A DNA stretch of 64,000 bases from a phage, in the sequence record PZ151149.1. The stretch is one strand, 5' to 3'. The notes under the pieces are model-generated. The model did not search any database. It saw only the letters and a program-made list of their open reading frames with translations, and had not been told where the DNA came from. This document shows, one piece after another, positions 35,578 through 48,779 of this stretch; within the stretch, counting starts at the first letter, position 1, and every line of letters starts with the position of its first letter. A program made the position numbers and the translations under genes.

Positions 35578-37346
35578 TGATCGAACAGTTAAACATTCGA
35601 AAGATCCCTAACGTCGATGGTGTCCCTGGAGAGGGACAGCATTCTATTAGCTGGATTAAAAATGGTGAATGTCTAAGCGCAGCAACCACAGAAACAGGAC
35701 ACGAGGGGACGCTTAACCGCGCCCCTTATGCTATTCAAGAAAATATTGTTCGTCTGGATGAAAATTCTAAGACAACGGTAACAAAAGTTAACGAAGTTGT
35801 TACCGCAGTTAATGATATTAAAACTACTTTAGGCGCGGTTTCTGATGGTAGTATTATTGATATTGTCAATCAAACTATTGCAAAGGTTGAGTCTGTAGAA
35901 GAAAATTTAGGAGAAACTTCAAGGACATTACAAACCACAGTAGATGAACTGGCGGAGACAGGAAAGAAAATTGGTGTTCGTCCGGCAGCAGATCCGAGTA
36001 CACGAACAATATATGATGATATTTCTTTCATCAAACAAGAATTGGGCGCTTTCCCTAACTTCAATATCAACGGTTATCCAGATCCAGGTAGTTCCGGTTC
36101 CGGTATCAAATATCGAGTTATCCAGAATACGGAAGCATTAAACAACCACGGTCAGCGAATCCTCCAACTAGAAAACGACTGGCAAGATTCTGACGTTGGA
36201 GAGCTAACAAAACAAGTTAACAAAATGCGAAGCGAGCTAGGCGATACATCACTAGCAACACAGGACAATGTTTATCTTCGTCTTCGCACAAATACTCGCA
36301 ATATCGCTAGTATATCAAACGAAGTTCAGGAAGTAAAGAAAGCGATTCTATTTGAATCAATTCCTGATATCGGGACTAAAGTAACTAAGCTACAATCTGA
36401 TTATACACAGCTTAATGATGAAGTCAACGGCGTTGACGCTGGTATCCGTCCTCGTTTAACTCTTCTGGAAAATACGATTGGCAGTCCTCAAGCCGCTGGA
36501 AGTATTGATTATCGATTGACTAATCAAGAACGGGAATTTGTAGATCTTAAATCTATTGTCGGTGTTAGTGGTGCTGATGGTCTACGTGGTGAGGTTGCAC
36601 GAATCTCTAACACAGTTGGTACTGATAGTGAGCGTCATACTATCGCAGGTCGTCTAAAAATTGTAGAAAACACACAGGGACGACTAGAAGCTAGCGTACA
36701 GGATATCGAGCAAATGATCGGCGATCGAGATTCCGGTCTAACCGCTGGGGTTATTAAGCTGTCAAGCGACATGTACGGCAATCCAGAAGGAAGCACGCAG
36801 CTTGAACAAGATGGGATCGTGAAAACTGTTAAGGAATTGAGCACATCAAATGCAAGCAAGGTAACAGACGTTCCTGATGATGGTTTCCATTATCTACGTA
36901 AGCACGGGGAATGGGTTCAGGTCGCATGGGCGGCTGGTGCATTTAAAAACACCGCTCAGATTGATATTACTCTCGACGGACAAGATCAATACAAAGGAAT
37001 CCCGCTAAACGATATGACCGAAGAAGTTCCTGCGCGTGGAATGGTTAAGAGCGAATCTCTTGTTACGGTTAACGACAAAGGCTTATTCCGTTGTGATTTC
37101 CGTTGTTCTGTAAATGCGGCACATAACGCTACTTTCGTAGTCGGTATTGCTAAAAATGGTCTGATTGTACATGAGGTACGAAATGGTCATTATGGACCTG
37201 ATGATTTAATTAGCTATTCTACCAGTGCTTTCCTAAATATTGAAAAGGGCGACCGGATCGATATTCGCATTAAGGGCGTATCCGAAGAAGCATTAGCGCA
37301 ACAGCTACAAATTAAAGAGTTCCTCTTTGGAATTTCTCCGGTATAA
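35577..37346 (+). CDS. wac: fibritin (whisker, wac) with additional C-terminal domain
   Basis: Coiled-coil body; foldon-like DVPDDGFHYLRKHGEWVQV followed by about 130 extra residues. Confidence 0.8.
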   Translation: MIEQLNIRKIPNVDGVPGEGQHSISWIKNGECLSAATTETGHEGTLNRAPYAIQENIVRLDENSKTTVTKVNEVVTAVNDIKTTLGAVSDGSIIDIVNQTIAKVESVEENLGETSRTLQTTVDELAETGKKIGVRPAADPSTRTIYDDISFIKQELGAFPNFNINGYPDPGSSGSGIKYRVIQNTEALNNHGQRILQLENDWQDSDVGELTKQVNKMRSELGDTSLATQDNVYLRLRTNTRNIASISNEVQEVKKAILFESIPDIGTKVTKLQSDYTQLNDEVNGVDAGIRPRLTLLENTIGSPQAAGSIDYRLTNQEREFVDLKSIVGVSGADGLRGEVARISNTVGTDSERHTIAGRLKIVENTQGRLEASVQDIEQMIGDRDSGLTAGVIKLSSDMYGNPEGSTQLEQDGIVKTVKELSTSNASKVTDVPDDGFHYLRKHGEWVQVAWAAGAFKNTAQIDITLDGQDQYKGIPLNDMTEEVPARGMVKSESLVTVNDKGLFRCDFRCSVNAAHNATFVVGIAKNGLIVHEVRNGHYGPDDLISYSTSAFLNIEKGDRIDIRIKGVSEEALAQQLQIKEFLFGISPV

Positions 37347-37353
37347 GAAATTA

Positions 37354-37374
37354 AAGGGGCGTTAAGCCCCTTTT
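37354..37374 (+). terminator. intrinsic terminator after wac
   Basis: GGGGC-GTTAA-GCCCC hairpin plus TTTT. Confidence 0.5.
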
Positions 37375-37392
37375 CCGTTTATAGGTGATATT

Positions 37393-38325
37393 ATGTCAGG
37401 ATATGTAACCAATAACCCAAGAGAATTAAAAGACGCTATTCTGCGTCGTTTAGGCGCACCAGTAATTAACGTAGAAGTCACAGAAGACCAGATTTACGAT
37501 TGTATTCAGAGAGCACTAGAACTCTATGGGGAATATCATTTCGATGGTGTGAATAAAGGATATAAAGTATTTCGTGTTAGTGCAGAGCAAGCTCAACACG
37601 GGGTATTCGATTTAAGCGATTCTGGTGTATTCGCAGTAACTAAAATAATTCGAACAAACGTAGGTAGCGCGGCTACGATGGATGGCACTGCCGTTTATCC
37701 GTGGTTTACTGACTTTCTGTTGGGTTTAGCGGGTGTAAATGGCGGTTTAGGATCTGGCTGTAGTAAATTTTATGGTCCAAATGCAATGGGCGGTGATCTG
37801 GGATATTTCGAACAGCTTATGAGCTATCGCGCAACTATGCAAAATATGCTCAATCCGCTTCCAGATTATTGGTATAATAGCGCAAACGGACAACTTAAGA
37901 TTACAGGAAACTTCCGAGAAGGTGATCTCATTGTTGTTGAATTATATGTTAAAAGCTATATAGACGTTCCTGATATGATCGGTGCGGTTGCTGGTTATGC
38001 TCATGCGGGAGGATGTTCTACCGCTGGCGGGATTAGCGCCGTTTATGATAACCCAACTGCTGGTTTAAGCGGGATTGTTGCTGGCATGGGACCGATCCGT
38101 GATAACAAGCAGGGCGCATATAATAACCGTTGGGTTAAAGACTGCGCGACCGCGTTTACTCGTGAGCTATGGGGGCAGATCTTAGCTAAACATCAAGGGT
38201 TGCAATTACCAGGTGGTGTAACAGTTGATGGTGTCAGAATCATCGAAGAAGCACGCGCCGACATTGAGAAATTGCGACAAGAACTACTTGACTTAGATCC
38301 ACCATTTGGTATACTAATGATTTGA
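37393..38325 (+). CDS. 13: neck protein gp13
   Basis: 310 aa, T4 order and size. Confidence 0.85.
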   Translation: MSGYVTNNPRELKDAILRRLGAPVINVEVTEDQIYDCIQRALELYGEYHFDGVNKGYKVFRVSAEQAQHGVFDLSDSGVFAVTKIIRTNVGSAATMDGTAVYPWFTDFLLGLAGVNGGLGSGCSKFYGPNAMGGDLGYFEQLMSYRATMQNMLNPLPDYWYNSANGQLKITGNFREGDLIVVELYVKSYIDVPDMIGAVAGYAHAGGCSTAGGISAVYDNPTAGLSGIVAGMGPIRDNKQGAYNNRWVKDCATAFTRELWGQILAKHQGLQLPGGVTVDGVRIIEEARADIEKLRQELLDLDPPFGILMI

Positions 38326-38362
38326 TTTATTGGGGGGAGTATTCCCCCATTTGGAGTAACAT

Positions 38363-39103
38363 ATGTTTAACAACACTCTTTTTGCTCGCCTTGAATCGCA
38401 AAAGGATTATGAGAATACACGACAAACCGAGATTCTTAATCCTTACGTGAACTTTCACAAATATACAAATACTCAGACGTTAGCCGACGTTATGGTCGCC
38501 GAAGCTATTCAGATGCGAGGTGTAGAATTATATTACATCCCTCGTGAATTTGTCAAACCAGACATGATCTTTGGTGAGGATGTTCAGAGCAAATTTACTA
38601 AAGCATGGAAATTTGCGGCCTATATTAATTCATTTGATGGTTATGAAGGTGTTGGTAATTTCTTCTCTAGTTTCGGTTATCAAGCCAATGATGAACTAAC
38701 TTTTACGGTTAACCCCAACCTATTCAAGCATCAAGTAGATGGAAACGAGCCGAAAGCGGGTGATTTGATTTATATTCCTATGAGTAATGATTTATTTGAA
38801 ATCAATTACTTAGAGCCATATCAGCCGTTTTTTCAGGCTGGCAAAAATGCCATGCGTAAAATCATTGCAGAGAAATTCGTGTATAGCGGTGAGGAATTGC
38901 GACCAGAATTACAACGCAACGAGGGAATCAACGTTGATGAGTTCGCGGATCTGGATCTTGCACCGATCACTAATCTGGACGGGTTAACAGATATCAACTT
39001 AGATCAGTACAAAGAAGATAAGCAATTCAGAAGCGAAGGACAAGATTTTATTGACCCGTTTGATCCTATTAATGGCAAGGGTTCACCTTTCGCCGATTTT
39101 TGA
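38363..39103 (+). CDS. 14: neck protein gp14
   Basis: 246 aa, T4 order and size. Confidence 0.85.
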   Translation: MFNNTLFARLESQKDYENTRQTEILNPYVNFHKYTNTQTLADVMVAEAIQMRGVELYYIPREFVKPDMIFGEDVQSKFTKAWKFAAYINSFDGYEGVGNFFSSFGYQANDELTFTVNPNLFKHQVDGNEPKAGDLIYIPMSNDLFEINYLEPYQPFFQAGKNAMRKIIAEKFVYSGEELRPELQRNEGINVDEFADLDLAPITNLDGLTDINLDQYKEDKQFRSEGQDFIDPFDPINGKGSPFADF

Positions 39104-39129
39104 TAAATACTCATAAACAAGGGGGTCAA

Positions 39130-39963
39130 ATGTTCGGTTGGCACTATAATTCGTCAATTAGAAGGTATATTGTATTGCTGGGTAATTTATTCTCCGGCGT
39201 ACAAATTAAAAGGGTGCGTAGTGACGGTGAGCGTTATATTAAAGTTCCAATTACCTACGCAAAGAAAGAAAAATTCATGATGAGTCTGGACAAATATAAC
39301 AATATCTCCAGTGAGGAAGACGTAGCAAAGGTAGAAACTATTTTACCGCGCATGTGTCTTTCTTTGATTGATATGACATACGCCCAGAACTTTAAAACAA
39401 ATATTGCAAATAAGACAGTACCAAAATATACGGCTGATGGAATCAGGAGTGTGACACAATATAATCCTGTACCATATAAGTTTACTTTCGAGTTAGGGAT
39501 TTATACGCGTAACGAAGATGATATGTTTCAGATAATTGAACAGATTCTTCCTTACTTCCAGCCTCATTTTAACTGTAAGATTAAAGAACTACACGGTAAT
39601 GATGTATGGATTGATCGAGATATTCAGGTCACAATTAGTTCTATTACTCCAGATGAACAGGTAGGCGAAGATAAGTTTTCTCGTCGTCGTCTTGAGTGGA
39701 CCATTATGTTTGAGTTCATCGGGTTTATCTATCCTCCAGCTACCGACGTTAAGGGGGAAATTAGAACGATTTATCTTGATTTTCATGCCAATTCTCGTGA
39801 ATTGAATCCTAGCGGTAATTTTGAATCTGTGGATCACGAGGTCGTTAAACGTGACGTCGAGCAAGAAGAATGGGACGGAACTATCAAAGAATCATATTCT
39901 AGTGATATTCCAATACCAGTTGCACCGACTCCACCAGGTCCACGTATTGTAAGAGAATTTTAA
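39130..39963 (+). CDS. 15: tail sheath stabiliser/completion protein gp15
   Basis: Start at MFGWHYNSS (AAGGGGG RBS), as recalled for T4 gp15 N-terminus. Confidence 0.85.
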   Translation: MFGWHYNSSIRRYIVLLGNLFSGVQIKRVRSDGERYIKVPITYAKKEKFMMSLDKYNNISSEEDVAKVETILPRMCLSLIDMTYAQNFKTNIANKTVPKYTADGIRSVTQYNPVPYKFTFELGIYTRNEDDMFQIIEQILPYFQPHFNCKIKELHGNDVWIDRDIQVTISSITPDEQVGEDKFSRRRLEWTIMFEFIGFIYPPATDVKGEIRTIYLDFHANSRELNPSGNFESVDHEVVKRDVEQEEWDGTIKESYSSDIPIPVAPTPPGPRIVREF

Positions 39964-39976
39964 GAGGTAATTTATT

Positions 39977-42297
<2,321 letters not shown>

Positions 42298-42328
42298 CGA
42301 TAATGCATAAAAAGATGAGGAAATTCTA

Positions 42329-44332
42329 ATGACTCTATTATCACCGGGTTTCGAAACGAAAGAAACTACTCTCTCCACTACCATTGTGCAATCTGCGACT
42401 GGTCGCGCGGCGCTGGTAGGTAAATTTCAATGGGGTCCAGCTTTCCAGATTGTTCAAGTAACTAATGAAGTTGAATTAGTTAATAAATTTGGTCAGCCGG
42501 ATAATAACACCGCAGACTATTTCATGAGCGGGGCTAACTTCCTCCAGTATGGCAATGACCTGCGTGTTGTTCGTGTACTCAATAAAGAAAAAGCAAAAAA
42601 CGCAACTGCCCTAGCTGGTAACGTCGAGTTTGAAATCACAAACGAAGGTTCAAACTATGAAGTAGGCGATACCATCAAGATTAAACATAACCGTCAAGAT
42701 ATTGAAACGGCAGGTAAAGTAACTAAAGTTGATGGTGATGGTAAAGTTAAGGGAGTATTTATCCCAACTGGTAAAATTATCGCTCACGCTAAAGCAATTG
42801 GTGTTTATCCAGAACTTGATGGCGGTTGGACGGCAGAGTTCACTTCTTCGTCAGGTAACGGTAGTGCGGCGCTGTCAGTAACTAAAATTGTTACTGATTC
42901 CGGTCTTCTGTTAACGGATCTGGAAACTTCCCGAGCCAATATCACAAATCAAACTTTCTTGACTAAACTCCAGAAGTATGATATGCCAGCGGTAAGCGCG
43001 ATCTATGCTGGTGAGATTGGCAACTCGCTGGAAGTTGAAATTCTGGCACGTAGCTCGTTCAGTGGCGCGGTAGCACCTGAATTAACTATGTATCCGTTCG
43101 GCGGAACTCGTGCCGCAGCACGCAACCTAATTCCATATGCACCGCAGAATGATAATCAATATGCGTTTATTGTTCGTCGAGATGGTGTTGTGGTAGAATC
43201 CTATGTACTGTCTACTCTGAAAGGGGATAAAGACGTATACGGCAATTCTATCTACATGGACGACTTCTTTGCTCGTGGTTCTAGCCAGTACATCTATGCA
43301 ACCGCTCAGGGCTGGGTCGATGGTTTCAGTGGCGTTATCTCTCTTGCTGGTGGCGTTTCTGCTAACGAAGCAACGACTGGTGGAGTTGGTGCTGATCCGT
43401 TCATCGGTGCGATGATGCAAGGTTGGGATCTGTTTGCTGAACGTGAATCTATTCACGTAAACCTGTTGATCGCTGGTGCATGTGCTGGCGAAGGCGATGC
43501 GTTCTCTACCGTACAGAAACATGCTGTTTCCATCGGTGATGAGCGTCAGGATTGCTTAGTAATGGTTTCTCCGCCGCGTAGCACTGTTGTTAATATTCCG
43601 GTGACTACTGCAATTGATAACCTGATTGCATGGCGCGAAGGTTCAGGAAACTATAATGAAAACAACATGAACATTAATACCACTTACGCGGTTATTGATG
43701 GTAACTACAAATATCAGTATGACAAATACAACGACGTAAACCGTTGGGTTCCGTTGGCTGCTGATATTGCTGGTTTGTGCGCTCGTACTGATGCTGTATC
43801 CCAGCCGTGGATGAGTCCGGCAGGTTATAACCGTGGTCAGATCATGAACGTGGTTAAACTGGCAATTGAGCCTCGCAAGGCGCACCGCGATCGTCTGTAT
43901 CAGGCCGCAATTAACCCGGTGATCGGTGCTGGTGGTGAAGGGTTTATCCTGATGGGTGATAAAACAGCTACGACTGTTCCTAGCCCGTTTGACCGCATTA
44001 ACGTTCGTCGTCTATTTAACATGCTGAAAAAGAATATCGGCGATTCAAGCAAATACAAACTGTTTGAAAACAACGATAACTTTACTCGCGCTTCCTTCCG
44101 TATGGAGGTTTCGCAATATCTCAGCACGATTCGCTCTCTGGGTGGCATTTATGACTTCCGAGTACAATGCGACACCACGAACAACACGCCGGATGTAATT
44201 GATCGTAATGAATTTGTTGCTAGTATGTTCATCAAACCAGCAAAATCGATCAACTATATCATGCTCAATTTCACTGCTGTTGCAACTGGTGCTGATTTTG
44301 ACGAAATTATCGGTCCAGCTAACCAGGCATAA
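42329..44332 (+). CDS. 18: tail sheath protein gp18
   Basis: 667 aa, T4 order and size. Confidence 0.95.
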   Translation: MTLLSPGFETKETTLSTTIVQSATGRAALVGKFQWGPAFQIVQVTNEVELVNKFGQPDNNTADYFMSGANFLQYGNDLRVVRVLNKEKAKNATALAGNVEFEITNEGSNYEVGDTIKIKHNRQDIETAGKVTKVDGDGKVKGVFIPTGKIIAHAKAIGVYPELDGGWTAEFTSSSGNGSAALSVTKIVTDSGLLLTDLETSRANITNQTFLTKLQKYDMPAVSAIYAGEIGNSLEVEILARSSFSGAVAPELTMYPFGGTRAAARNLIPYAPQNDNQYAFIVRRDGVVVESYVLSTLKGDKDVYGNSIYMDDFFARGSSQYIYATAQGWVDGFSGVISLAGGVSANEATTGGVGADPFIGAMMQGWDLFAERESIHVNLLIAGACAGEGDAFSTVQKHAVSIGDERQDCLVMVSPPRSTVVNIPVTTAIDNLIAWREGSGNYNENNMNINTTYAVIDGNYKYQYDKYNDVNRWVPLAADIAGLCARTDAVSQPWMSPAGYNRGQIMNVVKLAIEPRKAHRDRLYQAAINPVIGAGGEGFILMGDKTATTVPSPFDRINVRRLFNMLKKNIGDSSKYKLFENNDNFTRASFRMEVSQYLSTIRSLGGIYDFRVQCDTTNNTPDVIDRNEFVASMFIKPAKSINYIMLNFTAVATGADFDEIIGPANQA

Positions 44333-44365
44333 TCAGTAAATTAGCATAGATTAAAAGTTAAATCA

Positions 44366-44386
44366 AGCGGGGATTTTCTCCCCGCT
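44366..44386 (+). terminator. hairpin after gp18 (weak T-tract)
   Basis: AGCGGGGA-TTTTC-TCCCCGCT inverted repeat. Confidence 0.45.
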
Positions 44387-44405
44387 CTATTAAGGAATAT
44401 CAATT

Positions 44406-44900
44406 ATGGCACTCGATTTGAATGATATTACACGCGGTTTCGAGTCTGGCGATTTTGCTCGTCCTAACCTGTTTGAAGTTGAGATCCCGTATCTGGGGCA
44501 AAACTTTAAGCTGATGTGTAAGGCTGCGACTGTCCCGGCTGCAACCGTAGAAAAAATTGCTGTAGGCTATCAAAACCGTAAAATTAACATCGCTGGCGAC
44601 CGTGTATACGACGACTGGACCATCACTGTATTCAACGATGACGCACACAAGATCCGTGATGCTATCGTTGCATGGAGCGATCAGACACACGGCACTGGTT
44701 CGGCGATCACTGGTGCAACTCCTGCACAATATAAGAAACAAGCTATTGTTCGTCAACTTAACCGTAACACCGAATCAACTAGCGAAAAAACATTGTACGG
44801 TATTTTCCCGACCAACGTTGGTGAAGTAACCCTCGATTGGGAACAAAACAACGAAGTTGAAACGTTTGAAGTTACTTTTGCTATCGATTGGGTAGAATAA
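44406..44900 (+). CDS. 19: tail tube protein gp19
   Basis: 164 aa, T4 order and size. Confidence 0.92.
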   Translation: MALDLNDITRGFESGDFARPNLFEVEIPYLGQNFKLMCKAATVPAATVEKIAVGYQNRKINIAGDRVYDDWTITVFNDDAHKIRDAIVAWSDQTHGTGSAITGATPAQYKKQAIVRQLNRNTESTSEKTLYGIFPTNVGEVTLDWEQNNEVETFEVTFAIDWVE

Positions 44901-44912
44901 ATATATTATCAT

Positions 44913-44931
44913 GCGGGGAGAAGTTCCCCGC
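44913..44931 (+). terminator. hairpin after gp19
   Basis: GCGGGGA-GAAGT-TCCCCGC inverted repeat followed by TTAATTTCT. Confidence 0.45.
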
Positions 44932-44958
44932 TTAATTTCTCCCAATTCGAGGTGAATA

Positions 44959-46524
44959 ATGTTTAGTAGATTAAAAATGCTTGCGCGTTGGGCTGATTTT
45001 GACAACGACAAATACGAAGAACAAATTAAAGATAAAGCAGAGTCTATCGCCGCACCTAAAAACAATGATGGTGCTACGGAAGTAGAAATTAATGATAATT
45101 TACCTGCTAGCTCGTGGAACTCTCTTACCCAGCAATTTTACAGCACCGACCAGAAAATCAGCACAACTAAGCAATTAGTTAACACATATCGCGGTTTGAT
45201 GAATAACCATGAAGTCGAAAACGCTGTACAAAATATAGTTAACGATGCGATTGTATTTGAAGAAGGTCATGAAGTTGTTTCATTAAATCTTGAGGCGACT
45301 GGCTTTAGTGAATCTGTAAAAGAGCGCATTCATGAAGAATTTAAAGATCTTTTAAACACTATCCAGTTTGATAAGCGTGGTCAGGATATGTTCCGTCGCT
45401 GGTATGTCGATTCTCGTATTTTCTTCCATAAAATCATCGGCAAAAATCCAAAAGATGGTATCATAGAATTACGCCAGCTTGACCCACGTAATCTTGAATA
45501 CGTTCGAGAGATCATTACAGAAGACACACCGGAAGGTAAAATTTATAAAGCAACGAAAGAATATTTCATTTACACTGTAGGCAATAGCTCTTATTGCGCA
45601 GGTGGTCAAGTATTCTCTCCTAATAGTCGCGTTAAAATCCCGCGTAGTGCTATTACATACGCTCACAGCGGCTTGATGGATTGTGATGATAAATATATCA
45701 TTGGTTATTTGCATCGGGCTGTTAAGCCAGCAAACCAGCTTAAATTGTTGGAAGACGCAATGGTCGTTTATCGTATCACGCGTGCACCGGAACGCCGAGT
45801 GTTCTTTATTGATACCGGAAACATGAACAACCGCAAGGCTGCACAGCACATGAACTCAGTGGCACAGTCTTTTAAAAACCGCGTTGTTTATGATGCATCG
45901 ACTGGTAAACTTAAAAACCAGCAAGCAAATCTATCAATGACAGAGGACTACTGGTTACAGCGTCGAGATGGTAAAGCAATCACCGACGTTACTACTTTAC
46001 CGGGTGCATCCGGTATGAGTGATATCGATGATATTCGCTACTTTAACCGTAAATTGTATGAAGCGTTGCGTGTGCCATTGTCACGCAGCAATCTCTCCGA
46101 TGCTAATATGGTGATCGGTGGTGACGGTTCAGAAATTACTCGCGATGAGTTGGAATTTTCGAAATTCATTAGAACTCTGCAATCACAGTTTTCGGAAGTA
46201 TTGCGCGATCCGCTTAAATACAATCTGATTCTCAAAAATGTAATTACGGAAGACGATTGGGATCGTGAAATAAATAATATCAAGGTGGTTTTCCATCGGG
46301 ACTCTTACTATACAGAAGTTAAAGACGCGGAAATTTTAGAGCGTCGAATCGGTCTAATCGAACGTATTACACCTTACATTGGTAAATATTTCTCTAACCA
46401 GACAGTGATGCGTGACATTCTGAAATATACCGATGACCAGATGGACACCGAGAAGAAACAGATCGAAGAAGAAGCGAACGATCCGCGCTTTAAACAAACT
46501 CCCGATGAAATAGAGGATTTTTAA
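44959..46524 (+). CDS. 20: portal vertex protein gp20
   Basis: 521 aa, T4 order and size. Confidence 0.95.
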   Translation: MFSRLKMLARWADFDNDKYEEQIKDKAESIAAPKNNDGATEVEINDNLPASSWNSLTQQFYSTDQKISTTKQLVNTYRGLMNNHEVENAVQNIVNDAIVFEEGHEVVSLNLEATGFSESVKERIHEEFKDLLNTIQFDKRGQDMFRRWYVDSRIFFHKIIGKNPKDGIIELRQLDPRNLEYVREIITEDTPEGKIYKATKEYFIYTVGNSSYCAGGQVFSPNSRVKIPRSAITYAHSGLMDCDDKYIIGYLHRAVKPANQLKLLEDAMVVYRITRAPERRVFFIDTGNMNNRKAAQHMNSVAQSFKNRVVYDASTGKLKNQQANLSMTEDYWLQRRDGKAITDVTTLPGASGMSDIDDIRYFNRKLYEALRVPLSRSNLSDANMVIGGDGSEITRDELEFSKFIRTLQSQFSEVLRDPLKYNLILKNVITEDDWDREINNIKVVFHRDSYYTEVKDAEILERRIGLIERITPYIGKYFSNQTVMRDILKYTDDQMDTEKKQIEEEANDPRFKQTPDEIEDF

Positions 46525-46767
46525 ATGAAACAATTTATCGAAGCAATTAAAACTCGCGATCTAACGCTGATCGAAAAAGAATTTGATAAGATCATGGAGG
46601 CTAAAAAAGCCCAGATCATCGAATCCCAGCGTGTCGAAATCGCATCCAGTATCATGATCGAAGGTGAAGAAGAAAAAGACCGCGATGATGAAGAAGATAT
46701 GGAAGATGAGGACGACGAAGACGAAGATCGCAAAGACGATAAAAAAGACAAAGAAGACGACGAATGA
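46525..46767 (+). CDS. 67: prohead core protein gp67
   Basis: 80 aa with highly acidic C-terminus (EDMEDEDDEDEDRKDD). Confidence 0.8.
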   Translation: MKQFIEAIKTRDLTLIEKEFDKIMEAKKAQIIESQRVEIASSIMIEGEEEKDRDDEEDMEDEDDEDEDRKDDKKDKEDDE

Positions 46768-46779
46768 TAGGAAGCCAAC

Positions 46780-47187
46780 ATGATTAAAGATTTTACTCCT
46801 AAAGCTGACTTAGAAACTTTTCTGCCGGAAGCACAGGAAAAATTAGACATGTTGGCTATGTTTGAGTCAGAAGAACTATTGAAAATCGTTGAAGGTATCT
46901 CCGAGGATGAGCCGGAACTGGCGGTAGCAATGCTGTCTATCATCGACGGAATTACTGTAAATGAAGCAATGGTTAAACATGTAAACGCACGCGGGGAAGT
47001 TGCACGTAAGAAAGATCGCAAAACCCGTGAGCGTAATGCTTACATGACTACTGGCCTAAGCAAAGCTAAACGCCGTCAAATTGCCCGTCGTGCTGCAAAA
47101 ACCAAACGTGCAAATCCATCTATCGAACGTCATGCGGAACGTAAGCGCAAAAAAGCAATGCGTAAACGTAAGGCGTTAGGATTATAA
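46780..47187 (+). CDS. 68: prohead core protein gp68
   Basis: 135 aa, basic C-terminus, T4 order. Confidence 0.75.
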   Translation: MIKDFTPKADLETFLPEAQEKLDMLAMFESEELLKIVEGISEDEPELAVAMLSIIDGITVNEAMVKHVNARGEVARKKDRKTRERNAYMTTGLSKAKRRQIARRAAKTKRANPSIERHAERKRKKAMRKRKALGL

Positions 47188-47198
47188 CAGGAAACAAC

Positions 47199-47894
47199 AT
47201 GGAAAAGAACGAATTACTGATCGAACAATGGGGCGTTCCTTGTGCTCGCGGTAGTTCGTCATTGCTTGAATCATTTGATGATAAGGCTACAGGAAATCTC
47301 TATATTCAAGGGATTTTCCTGCAAGCCGAAACGGTAAACCGCAATAAACGCTGGTATCCTCGCAGTGTTCTAGAAAATGCGGTTACTAAATACATACATG
47401 AACAAGTTGAGACACATCAAGCTCTAGGCGAACTTAATCACCCAGCAAGAGCAATGCCAGATCCATCTAATGCTTGCATCATAATTGAAAAATTATGGTG
47501 GGAAGGTAATAACGTGATGGGTAAAGCCCGTGTTATTGAAGGGGATAAAGGCGCAGGTGATAAACTTGCTGCACTGATTCGCGCTGGCTGGATTCCTGGC
47601 GTTTCCTCCCGTGGGTTGGGTCGGTTGAAAGACTCTGGTCGCGGATACAATATTGTACAGGAAGGTTTTGTGTTGACGGTTGGTGTTGATGTTGTTTGGG
47701 GTCCGAGCGCACCAGATGCGTGGGTAACTCCGGTGGTTGAGTCAACGGATAGCGATTCTAGCGCGTCAGACGCACCAGAAAGCGATAAAACCGAAAAAGT
47801 GACTAACCCTACAGCCTCACAACAAAACATCGTAGAATCGAATAATAGCGCGTTTATGGCGCTCGCAGAAGCGTTATCTAAACGCTATAAATAA
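47199..47894 (+). CDS. 21: prohead core scaffold protein and protease gp21
   Basis: QALGELNHP, IRAGWIPGVSSRGLG, VWGPSAPDAWVTP match recalled T4 gp21. Confidence 0.92.
   Translation: MEKNELLIEQWGVPCARGSSSLLESFDDKATGNLYIQGIFLQAETVNRNKRWYPRSVLENAVTKYIHEQVETHQALGELNHPARAMPDPSNACIIIEKLWWEGNNVMGKARVIEGDKGAGDKLAALIRAGWIPGVSSRGLGRLKDSGRGYNIVQEGFVLTVGVDVVWGPSAPDAWVTPVVESTDSDSSASDAPESDKTEKVTNPTASQQNIVESNNSAFMALAEALSKRYK
47886..47893 (+). promoter_or_regulatory. T4-type late promoter (TATAAATA)
   Basis: TATAAATA 32 nt upstream of gp22 ATG. Confidence 0.55.
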
Positions 47895-47925
47895 TAACGT
47901 CGTTATCAACAAGAAGGTTATAACC

Positions 47926-48720
47926 ATGCTTAAAGAAATGCTGCTCGAAGAAGCAAAACAGATCACCGTAGACGTTGCTCTCGATGACCTGTTTGAATCC
48001 GTCGAACTGTCGCCGGAAGTAAAAGAAAATTTTGGTGCTATCTACGCTCAGGCGGTAAAAGCTAATGCTGTTGCACTGGCAGAAAGCCACATTGAAAAAA
48101 TCGCCGCTAAAGCCGATGAACTGGTAGAATCAAAGGTCGAAGAAGCACGCACCGAGATTGAAACCAAACTGTACGAAGATGCAGATAAATTCCTGAATCA
48201 CTTAGGCGCTAAATGGCTGGCAGAAAATAAAGAAGCCGTCACCCGTAATATTAAAGCGGATCTGTGCGAATCCCTGATTGGTTCTCTGAAAGATGTTTTC
48301 GTTACTCACAATGTTGTAGTACCGGAAGAATCTGTAGACGTTGTTGCTGAACTTGACGAAGCACTCAAAGAAGAAAAAGAAAAAACCTCTGAACTCTTTG
48401 ATGCCAAACTGCAACTTGAAAGCGAAATTCGTGGCATGAAGCGCGAACAAGCGATCAATGAAAGCACTCGTGATCTTTCCGATACTCAGAAAGAAAAAGT
48501 AACCGCGCTGATTGAAGGTCTGGAATATAGCGAAACTTTCGATAAGAAATTAACTGCAATTGTCGAAATGGTTGCTAAGAAAGAAGACAAACCAGCGAAG
48601 ATTGAAGAATCACTAAATACTGATGCTGACAAGCTGAATGTTATTGCAGAAGCTGTCGAAAAATCAGATAAAAAGGCAACTGTAGATTCCGGCGTATCCC
48701 GCTACCTGAATTTCATCTAA
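47926..48720 (+). CDS. 22: prohead core scaffold protein gp22
   Basis: 264 aa acidic helical protein, T4 order. Confidence 0.85.
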   Translation: MLKEMLLEEAKQITVDVALDDLFESVELSPEVKENFGAIYAQAVKANAVALAESHIEKIAAKADELVESKVEEARTEIETKLYEDADKFLNHLGAKWLAENKEAVTRNIKADLCESLIGSLKDVFVTHNVVVPEESVDVVAELDEALKEEKEKTSELFDAKLQLESEIRGMKREQAINESTRDLSDTQKEKVTALIEGLEYSETFDKKLTAIVEMVAKKEDKPAKIEESLNTDADKLNVIAEAVEKSDKKATVDSGVSRYLNFI

Positions 48721-48738
48721 TGTAATTCAAATCTACTT

Positions 48739-48746
48739 TATAAATA
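48739..48746 (+). promoter_or_regulatory. T4-type late promoter (TATAAATA)
   Basis: TATAAATA 33 nt upstream of gp23 ATG. Confidence 0.6.
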
Positions 48747-48779
48747 CTTTAGGTTAACAACAAACAAGGTTTAAAGAAC

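Noticed and set aside
46521-47021. 166-aa Ser-rich minus-strand ORF
   Set aside because: Antisense to gp67/gp68; its composition is the mirror of the acidic GAA/GAT-rich coding strand, so it is an artefact.
47438-47830. 130-aa minus-strand ORF
   Set aside because: Antisense inside gp21 prohead protease, which is confidently assigned on the plus strand.
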